From a virus (lineage: Duplodnaviria; Caudoviricetes), in IMG/VR virus record IMGVR_UViG_3300032081_000060, positions 1 through 32,042 of that record: a stretch of DNA of 32,042 bases; one strand, given 5' to 3'. This document shows positions 25,404 through 32,042 of the stretch, one piece after another (within the stretch, counting starts at the first letter, position 1; the number at the start of each line of letters is the position of its first letter). Made by a program: the position numbers and the translations under genes. The notes beneath the pieces are model-generated. The model did no database searches. It worked only from the letters and a program-made list of their open reading frames with translations, and was not told the origin of the DNA.

Positions 25404-25820
25404 TCAGGTCTCGGTCAGTCTTTCGTAGTGGTCCCAGTTCTTACGCATAATAACCAGCCAGTCATCAAAAGTCATCACGGCGGTCAGGCTGTTGTCCTTT
25501 GGTAGCGCGGGGTTGATGGCGTACAGCGGGATGCAGACGCGAGACTGCTTGTTGTTAAATTTGTAGATGAGAACCGGGATGTCATTGCCACAGGCGGCGG
25601 TGACCTGCTTCCACCACTCGGGCTTCCACCACCAACCCTCCTTGTACGCTTTGCACTCAATCGCGTGGTGCGGGATCTGGATGTCGCATAGGTCAGCGGT
25701 TTGATATTGGTCGAGGTTCCGCTTGCAGGTAATGTCAAAACCGCAGCCCGAAAAAAACGTGTTCAGCTTCTTCACGATGTCGCGCTCGTAAGATGCTCCC
25801 TTGCTGCGAGAATCAACCAT
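25404..25820 (-). CDS. Holliday junction resolvase-like PD-(D/E)xK nuclease
   Basis: SRSKGASYER, D...IECK, WWKQV, PVLIYK. Confidence 0.8.
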   Translation of the reverse strand: MVDSRSKGASYERDIVKKLNTFFSGCGFDITCKRNLDQYQTADLCDIQIPHHAIECKAYKEGWWWKPEWWKQVTAACGNDIPVLIYKFNNKQSRVCIPLYAINPALPKDNSLTAVMTFDDWLVIMRKNWDHYERLTET

Positions 25821-25852
25821 TAATCAAAGTCTCAAAAGTTTGGGCAATTTTG

Positions 25853-25960
25853 TTGCAAATAGGGGTACCTTGCAAGAGAATCTAAAACAGGGGGTACCCC
25901 TACTCCTCCGGGCAAAAATGACCCCTTATGTTTTTTGCTCACCTCAAGGGGTACCCTCTT
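25853..25960. repeat. Cluster of three GGGGTACC palindromic boxes
   Basis: AGGGGTACCT at 25861, AGGGGGTACCCCT at 25889, AAGGGGTACCCTCTT at 25946. Confidence 0.8.
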
Positions 25961-26399
25961 TTCGTTGAAATAATTTTTTACACCTTATGTACCAAACTCA
26001 GCTATAGCTATCCGCCATCGCTCAGCCGCGAAAAAGGGGGGTGCCACCGTCCAAATCAAGGCTGACTGAGGCTCAAAAATCCGATCCATAGGGGTCCAAG
26101 ATTTTACCTCGAACGCCCGGCACAGGCGATCTGAGCGCCTCTGGTGAGGGTTGATCAGTGATGGCCGTGGTTCTGACCGACTCTGACGCCGCCTGTGAGC
26201 ACACCCGTTCAAACCAGAACAGTTGAACTGGTAGCTCAGGTTATGAGGTTTGGCTCGCAAGCCATTGATATCAAAGGATTTAGCGGAGGGAGGGCGGGAA
26301 GAGCTGATTTAGCCAGCGAGGGCGGGCCAGAGAGAAAGAGAGGCCTCTTTCTCGGTTATTCTTTTCGTTCACCAATTACGGGTGATTCATTCCTCAAAT

Positions 26400-26915
26400 C
26401 TATAGGTCGTTATCCTTCATCTCGTCCTGCATCCCCAGCAGCTCGTTCAACCGTGATTTGATGTCAGCCTTCGTCATGCTGTCGAGGTTGGCGTTGATGT
26501 TTAGGTTTTGGCTGCGCTGTATCGTCAAGCCTGCGAGCTGGTTCAACTCCTTCACCGCGCTTACAGCGGCGTTGTAAGCCCCGTTCTCGAAGCTGGTCTC
26601 AGCTATCTTCCACAGCATACTTCCAGTCTTCTCTGGCGTGATAGCGAACTTCTGACGCAGCTCTTCTTGCTCCGCCCGGATTGCCTTAACCACGTTCGGA
26701 TGGTCGCGCCCATTCATCAGCTTGCTTGCGCTCATCGCCGGGAAGCTGAAGCCTGCCTTCCTCGCCGCCTCCGTCTGGCCGCACCCGCCTTGCGTGTAAT
26801 GCCAGACGAAAGCCGTCTGCATTTCGGTCAGCCCGAAGTCGCTGTCCGCAACGAATTGCTGTGGCACTTCCACCAACTGTGGTCGTTCCTTTTTAGGTCT
26901 GCCTCGCTCCGCCAT
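26400..26915 (-). CDS. terS: Terminase small subunit
   Basis: LTEMQTAFVWHY...TEAARKAGFS...ASKLM...PNVVKAI HTH; AAVSAVKELNQLAGL oligomerisation helix. Confidence 0.8.
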   Translation of the reverse strand: MAERGRPKKERPQLVEVPQQFVADSDFGLTEMQTAFVWHYTQGGCGQTEAARKAGFSFPAMSASKLMNGRDHPNVVKAIRAEQEELRQKFAITPEKTGSMLWKIAETSFENGAYNAAVSAVKELNQLAGLTIQRSQNLNINANLDSMTKADIKSRLNELLGMQDEMKDNDL

Positions 26916-27070
26916 CGTCCCTCCATCTGATTGAATATCTGCCGCGCCCCAGCTTCCAGCTCCTGCGCGAGACCGTAAGCGTCACGCTCTGCGTTGTTCA
27001 ACTGCCGCCACCTTCGGTAGTTCTCCTCGCGTGTTTGCTCGAAGTCCCACTCAAACTTGTAGTCTACCAT
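26828..27070 (-). CDS. Hypothetical protein
   Basis: Likely start MVDYKFEWD at 27070 with AGGAG RBS. Confidence 0.6.
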   Translation of the reverse strand: MVDYKFEWDFEQTREENYRRWRQLNNAERDAYGLAQELEAGARQIFNQMEGRWRSEADLKRNDHSWWKCHSNSLRTATSG

Positions 27071-27089
27071 GATCAGTCTCCTGACTAGC

Positions 27090-27280
27090 CAGTGTGTCAA
27101 GTGTAGTGTATAGCCATCCACCTTCTTACGTTTATGCACTATGTAAATACTACGTTACGCTATTTACATGGTCATACTATTAAAGATCTTATATATAATA
27201 CCCTATACACACTATAGTAATAACACCAACGATAACAAGACCTTACCCAATATTTAATATAGGGTATAGGGTGGCATTTT
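27090..27280. other. Putative replication origin (AT-rich, inverted repeats)
   Basis: ATGTAAATA/TATTTACAT (27141, 27161), ATACCCTATA/TATAGGGTAT (27198, 27258), tandem TATAGGG; directly downstream of the primase-helicase. Confidence 0.5.
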
Positions 27281-27368
27281 TTTTACCTCACAGTCATCAT
27301 GATAGATTTAACCATTTACATGAACGCCCACCGGCCCGTGTATGAGTGTGGTTCCCACACTCGGGCAT

Positions 27369-29528
27369 CTAGTCCCACCCCTTCGGGGAAAAACCAAATG
27401 AGTCTGATTTCTCCTCTTCGATGGCGGTGTATGCTAGGTCGTAGATCTTTTTGCCGCTGCTCCTTCGCGGTTCTTTGCCATGCTCTGACAGGATCCTTGC
27501 CGCATCTTTGAAGTCTGCCATGCGCGGATTGTTGACACCCAGATCTCTCAGCAGCTTGGTCATCTGCACTGGCTTGGTGTTGTCCGATTGGAAGTCAACG
27601 TGTTCGAGTATGAGATCCTCGACGCTGGATTGGGTACGGTAAAGCTCGTTGCTCTCTTGCAACTGCGCTCGCTCATCTGGACTGAGGAACCAGTTCTTCT
27701 TGCCAGCGATATACATCGTCTCCTTCACCTCCGCCCAGAGCTGCTGCATATCGACGCCATGGTTCACATCAATACCATTGACCGGTATCACCCAGAACCT
27801 TCGGTTGCCGCTGGTGTCCGTCAGAAACTCTCGTGCGTTGACGCTGGCATAGAACGCTGTCCTCCTCTGGTAGGTGGTGAAGGCGCGGTCGTAGGGTAGC
27901 CGCAGCTCGTCAGTCTTCTTAGTAACAAACGCCTTGAGCTGGTCGATGTCCGACTTCTTGAAGGTGCTCTCGATCTCTCCCAGCTCGACGATCCAGTGGC
28001 TCACCGCTTGCTTCACGCTGTCCTTATCGCTTGGGTTGAGCGTTGCGCCTTCAAGCAACCATCCCTCGTCATAGTTGGCTAAGCGCTTGAACCAGAGCGT
28101 CTTGCCCAGTCCTTGCGCCCCTTGAAAGACCAGTATGCCTTCCAACTCAACCCCATTCGGTTCACACGCCGCCGCCACACAACTGATCAACCACTTCCGC
28201 ATCAGCATCTCTTTCAGCACTTGGTTGGGGCTTGTGATGCTATCTAGGAACGCCTGTAGCCTGCTCTGGCCGTCCCATGGCTTTGATTCCATCCAATCCC
28301 TTACCGGGTTGTATTCAACCGCCAGCAGCTTGAGATAATCCCTGACCTTGGTGTGGGGTATGCCCATTTGTATACATCGATCTTCGATCTCGATCAGCGC
28401 CGCCTCTTCTTGCATGTCTTGGATAAAGTTTGAGTCCGGCACGAAGATCTCCATGCGCTTCTTGATGACGTTGTAGGCGCACTTGATGCCGTTCAGGATC
28501 ATCACGCCTTCGACGTTGCCTTTGGTGTTGAGGTATTTGCCCCGCTCGCTACGGTTAAAATCAAACTCCGCTGGCACCGTCACCGGCTTCAATTTCGGGA
28601 TCAGCTCACCCTCAACCGCGTGGTCGTTGTAGTCTCCCAAGCTTTCCGGTATGAGCACCTCGCTTTCAGCGCCCCGGCTTCGCACAGCTTGGCTCGCCTC
28701 GACAGCCTTGATCTCTCCCGTCTTAGATTCGTCCGCATCTGCGATGAAGATATGCTTCGCCTTGGGGAAATAGTCCGAGATCGTCTCGCCTACCGGCTTC
28801 AGATTGCCTGCGTCAAAGCACACAATCACCGGCTGCGCCATGTCTTGAAAATAACTCGCCGCTGTCGCATATCCTTCGGCGTAATTGATGACCTTGGCAT
28901 CTTGCAGCATGTGCTCGCCGAGAATAAAAAAACTTCCCTTCTTCTTAGTGCCTGTGAGAAATTTTTTGCCGCCGTCATCATCGATGTATTCCAGCCCGAC
29001 GATCTCAAGCTGCGCGTCCAGCAAGGGTATTATCAGTCTGCCGTCTTCATGCTGCCTGAGACCGTGGGAGAGCACTTGCTTTCGCTCTAAGTATGGGTGC
29101 TTCTCAACCGGCAAGGCCTTTTCCCAGATCGTCTGTGCAATCTTCGCCGCCTTCGTTTGCCTGTTGAACATCTCAACCTTTGCCTCTGCCTGCAAGCGCT
29201 TGATCTCTTCCTTCTCTTCGTCAGTCATCTCGTAACGTGCGCCATTGAAGGGTCGCCATTGCGCTGTCGGTTCAACGTGATCGATCCGGTAATCTCCGCA
29301 TCTCCCGTATGGCACACTCTGGTTTAACCATAGCTGATACCAGCCGGTGAGCTTGCGCTTGCCGTCAACTTCCATGTAAGCCCGGCCAATTGTGCCGTCT
29401 ATTTTTAACCCTGTCTTGGGGTCAACGGTCATGCCGTTGCTGAGGAGAAAGTTTTCAAATTCGCTTTTAATGTCCACCGAGAAAGGTGTACTTTGGTTTT
29501 TTGTCGGTCTCGATACCTTTATTGCCAT
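27369..29528 (-). CDS. DNA primase-helicase (TOPRIM primase fused to a VirE/VapE-type ATPase)
   Basis: HPYLERKQV, AEGYATA, FDAGNL, ADAD, DYND; Walker A GAQGLGKT, WIVELGE, LRLPYDR, TSGNRRFW. Confidence 0.9.
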   Translation of the reverse strand: MAIKVSRPTKNQSTPFSVDIKSEFENFLLSNGMTVDPKTGLKIDGTIGRAYMEVDGKRKLTGWYQLWLNQSVPYGRCGDYRIDHVEPTAQWRPFNGARYEMTDEEKEEIKRLQAEAKVEMFNRQTKAAKIAQTIWEKALPVEKHPYLERKQVLSHGLRQHEDGRLIIPLLDAQLEIVGLEYIDDDGGKKFLTGTKKKGSFFILGEHMLQDAKVINYAEGYATAASYFQDMAQPVIVCFDAGNLKPVGETISDYFPKAKHIFIADADESKTGEIKAVEASQAVRSRGAESEVLIPESLGDYNDHAVEGELIPKLKPVTVPAEFDFNRSERGKYLNTKGNVEGVMILNGIKCAYNVIKKRMEIFVPDSNFIQDMQEEAALIEIEDRCIQMGIPHTKVRDYLKLLAVEYNPVRDWMESKPWDGQSRLQAFLDSITSPNQVLKEMLMRKWLISCVAAACEPNGVELEGILVFQGAQGLGKTLWFKRLANYDEGWLLEGATLNPSDKDSVKQAVSHWIVELGEIESTFKKSDIDQLKAFVTKKTDELRLPYDRAFTTYQRRTAFYASVNAREFLTDTSGNRRFWVIPVNGIDVNHGVDMQQLWAEVKETMYIAGKKNWFLSPDERAQLQESNELYRTQSSVEDLILEHVDFQSDNTKPVQMTKLLRDLGVNNPRMADFKDAARILSEHGKEPRRSSGKKIYDLAYTAIEEEKSDSFGFSPKGWD

Positions 29529-29542
29529 GGGTCTTTTTCCAC

Positions 29543-29587
29543 TTGCTTTTCATTTAGAGGTGTGTACCATAGTGCAAACATTTACAC
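29543..29587 (+). promoter_or_regulatory. Divergent promoter region with an operator-like motif
   Basis: TTGCTT-16 bp-TACCAT followed by GTGCAAACATTTACAC, similar to 21308-21323. Confidence 0.45.
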
Positions 29588-29605
29588 AACACAAGGGAAA
29601 GCAAC

Positions 29606-30289
29606 ATGGCAATAACAGCAAGCAGTGGTGGTGGTGATTTCGAGGTGGTGCCAATCGGCACGCATCGAGCAATTTGTTACAAGCTCGTAGACGCAGGAAC
29701 TCGCGAAGAGAAGTTCAAGGACGAGGAACCAAAGAAGCGTCACACCGTTTTTATTTTCTGGGAACTGCCGGATCTGCGAACGGCAAAGGATCAGCCGTTC
29801 TCGATCTTCAAGCAGTATACGCTTTCGTTGAACGAGAACAGCGCTCTACATAAAGACCTTAAGTCTTGGCGCGGTCGCTCATTCAGCGAAGAAGAGTTGA
29901 AGGGTTTCGACATGAACAACATCCTCGGCGTGAGTTGCGATTTGGAAGTTGAGCACACTGCCGGAGGTCGAGCGAAAGTTGCCTCGGTTTTTAAACCAGA
30001 TGGCGGAGCAAAGAAAGTTGCAACGGCCAATGATCAGGTCATGTTTGACCTCGAAGATTACTGCTTAGAGTTTAGCGGCGAGTCCTGCGACAAATCGAAA
30101 GAGATGTGCGATGTCTTTGAGGGTCTGCCCAACTTCTTGTGCGAGATGATCGAGGGATCTTTTGAGATGGCCGCTGCTCACTCGAAAGGTCGAAAAGTTG
30201 AAGCGCCGAAAGGTTTGGCTGCGATGGCCAAAATGCCGAAGTCTGTAGAAGTTCCAGAAGGGGACTTTGACGATGACATCCCGTTTTAA
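29606..30289 (+). CDS. Putative single-stranded DNA-binding protein
   Basis: GTHRAICY..VDAG, YTLSL.E.S.L.KDL.SWRG; acidic tail DFDDDIPF typical of SSBs. Confidence 0.7.
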   Translation: MAITASSGGGDFEVVPIGTHRAICYKLVDAGTREEKFKDEEPKKRHTVFIFWELPDLRTAKDQPFSIFKQYTLSLNENSALHKDLKSWRGRSFSEEELKGFDMNNILGVSCDLEVEHTAGGRAKVASVFKPDGGAKKVATANDQVMFDLEDYCLEFSGESCDKSKEMCDVFEGLPNFLCEMIEGSFEMAAAHSKGRKVEAPKGLAAMAKMPKSVEVPEGDFDDDIPF

Positions 30290-30738
30290 TGAACGCTTCC
30301 AAGATGCTTGCCCGGCTAGAAAGGGCTACGAAGGAGAAAGGTGTAACGGTTACTGAATTTCTTATGCAGTACGGGTTACCTGCCAGCACCTTTTACGTCA
30401 TTAAAAAAACGAAAGAGATCAAGCCCAAGATGCACAAAAGGTATCTGGAGGCGTTGCGGGATTTTGAACCGGCGCTGGCTGATGCAGTTGAGGTTGAGGT
30501 GCAGACAAATGATGCGGTGAACTCGCCGCAACATTACAAGCGCGATGGCATCGAGTGCATTGACGCCATGGTTCAAGTCTACGGCTTGAAACGTGTGCAG
30601 GAATACGCTGAGATATCAGCATTCAAATATCAGTGGCGGGAGGGTTTGAAGGGTGACTCGAAAACGGACAAGCTCAAGAAAATTTGGTACACACGCTTTT
30701 CTATGGGTGATGACCCTCGGAGGGTTAGTGATGTTTAA
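30289..30738 (+). CDS. HTH-like N-terminus fused to a DUF3310-like domain
   Basis: DAVNSPQHY..DGIECIDAM...FKYQWR...KG...DKLKKIWY. Confidence 0.7.
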   Translation: MNASKMLARLERATKEKGVTVTEFLMQYGLPASTFYVIKKTKEIKPKMHKRYLEALRDFEPALADAVEVEVQTNDAVNSPQHYKRDGIECIDAMVQVYGLKRVQEYAEISAFKYQWREGLKGDSKTDKLKKIWYTRFSMGDDPRRVSDV

Positions 30739-30823
30739 AGAAATGGGTTTTGCTAAATACACTGGCTGGGCAGTTGTTACCGCCCTCTGCGCCGGGATCG
30801 TTCTTGGCGCGATGATGTTGTGA
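30731..30823 (+). CDS. 30-aa single-transmembrane peptide
   Basis: MFKEMGFAKYTGWAVVTALCAGIVLGAMML; exactly fills the gap between neighbours. Confidence 0.55.
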   Translation: MFKEMGFAKYTGWAVVTALCAGIVLGAMML

Positions 30824-31249
30824 GTGCGCCCAAGATATGAGCGGCAAGCTGATAGGGACGCTGAAAATAGACTGATTGAGCTGGTTTGCAAACGCTACCA
30901 GCTCGACAGTTTTTACAAACTCCCTGCCAGTTACATTTTAGATTTTGCGGTTTCACGCAATGATCAAATCATCGGATTTGTCGAGGTTAAAAAAAGAACC
31001 ACGGCAATGCGCCAGTACCCAACTTTTTTTATTGCGCTGCACAAAGTCTTGCAAGCTAAGCAGTACGAGCTGATCGGCTTTCACTCTCGCGTGGTCGTTG
31101 AGTGGTCCGATTACATCGGCTCAGTGAGGCTAGATGCACCGTTTGAATTGAAGTTTGGTGGTAGGTCAGATCGTAACGATTCTGCCGATCAAGAACCAAT
31201 GGCGCATTTCTCGATTGATTCGTTCGACATTTTGGAGGAGAAAGAATGA
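30824..31249 (+). CDS. PD-(D/E)xK-family nuclease
   Basis: YILDFA...GFVEVKKR motif. Confidence 0.7.
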   Translation: MRPRYERQADRDAENRLIELVCKRYQLDSFYKLPASYILDFAVSRNDQIIGFVEVKKRTTAMRQYPTFFIALHKVLQAKQYELIGFHSRVVVEWSDYIGSVRLDAPFELKFGGRSDRNDSADQEPMAHFSIDSFDILEEKE

Positions 31250-32040
31250 CAGACTTTAAACCGGGGATCTATGAGGATCTCGACTACCCAACCTATGCGA
31301 GCATCACCGTAGACGGTCAACAAGCTTGGCGGTCACATGACCTCACCTCGTTGATCAAATGCGCTTACAGTTGGAAGAATGCCAAGCCCATGACTGAATC
31401 ACCCGCGCTTCTTGAGGGCCGGGTCCAGCACACGGTTTTTCTTGAGCATCACAAATTCTTTGATGAGTTTGCGATAGAGCCAGAGCACATCAATCGACGC
31501 ACGAAAGCTGGCAAAGAAGAGTACGAAGATTGGGTGTCAGGTCTTGGCGACAAGACGCCTTGCAAGCAGGATCTGTATGACCTCTGCATGGAGCGCCGAG
31601 CTGCGCTTGAAGAGTTTATCCCCGGTCCTGACGATAAGGTCGAGCTGACGCTGGTTTTTGAATGGTGCGGACAACCCTGCAAGGGCAAGCTTGACTGGTA
31701 TACCGGGACTGACATTTGGGATCTAAAAACCTGCCGTGATGCTTCGCCGCGTGGCTTTAAAAACGCCGTCAACTCGTTCAGGTATTACCAGCAAGCCGCC
31801 TTCTACATGGCAGCCGCTGAGTACCTCGGAATGCAGTGTGATAAGTTTTATTTTTTGGCGCAGGAAAAAGCATACCCCTACCCATACGGCGTTTATACGC
31901 TCACTCAAGAAGCGATTGAGTATGGGCATGCCAAGAACCAGCAAGCGCTTAAGATCGGCTTGAAGTGCCGTGAGACCGGAGATTACAAACCGTTTAACAA
32001 TGGTTTGATCACGGAGTTTAATCTTGCAGATCTCTGGTGA
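31246..32040 (+). CDS. RecE/exonuclease VIII-like (DUF3799-type) nuclease
   Basis: PGIYEDL, GRVQHTVFLE, E...CKGKLDW...DLKTC, YYQQAAFY, FLAQEK. Confidence 0.85.
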   Translation: MTDFKPGIYEDLDYPTYASITVDGQQAWRSHDLTSLIKCAYSWKNAKPMTESPALLEGRVQHTVFLEHHKFFDEFAIEPEHINRRTKAGKEEYEDWVSGLGDKTPCKQDLYDLCMERRAALEEFIPGPDDKVELTLVFEWCGQPCKGKLDWYTGTDIWDLKTCRDASPRGFKNAVNSFRYYQQAAFYMAAAEYLGMQCDKFYFLAQEKAYPYPYGVYTLTQEAIEYGHAKNQQALKIGLKCRETGDYKPFNNGLITEFNLADLW

Positions 32041-32042
32041 GG

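Noticed and set aside
25985-26461. ORFs 25985..26260 (-) and 26195..26461 (+)
   Set aside because: No convincing RBS or protein-like features; the region looks like non-coding cis-acting DNA.
30072-31944. Minus-strand ORFs opposite the SSB/nuclease operon
   Set aside because: Shadows of the plus-strand genes, which carry clear motifs and tightly coupled start and stop codons.
1-32042. tRNA, rRNA or introns/inteins
   Set aside because: No cloverleaf or T-loop signatures in the short intergenic gaps; terL, primase and portal ORFs are continuous and of ordinary length.

Overview
The whole window is a fragment of a tailed dsDNA phage genome (podovirus-like; the gene content resembles marine proteobacterial phages). 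No host genes were seen. Most genes are on the minus strand. Read in transcription order (right to left) they are: TOPRIM primase/VirE-type helicase, putative origin, terminase small subunit, a non-coding gap with GGTACC palindromes, a Holliday-junction-resolvase-like nuclease, a 1201-aa multidomain 'polyvalent' protein, an island with a small serine recombinase, two repeat-rich tail proteins (one a 1466-aa fibre with an S74 autochaperone), lysis genes, terminase large subunit, portal, GroES, scaffold, capsid genes, a 642-aa coiled-coil protein and several basic proteins with xxGG motifs. A plus-strand recombination/replication operon (SSB-like protein, DUF3310-like protein, two PD-(D/E)xK nucleases) starts at 29606. 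The most striking observations are: (1) two identical chromosomal-type parS-like palindromes (TGTTTCATGTGAAACA) with no parAB in the window, one lying beside the resolvase; (2) a compact candidate double-pseudoknot RNA between the capsid terminator and the next ribosome-binding site; (3) a polyvalent protein whose domains are separated by an identical SEDAEAG peptide; (4) a shared xxGG motif across the small basic proteins. Family assignments come from motif recognition only; no database search was run.
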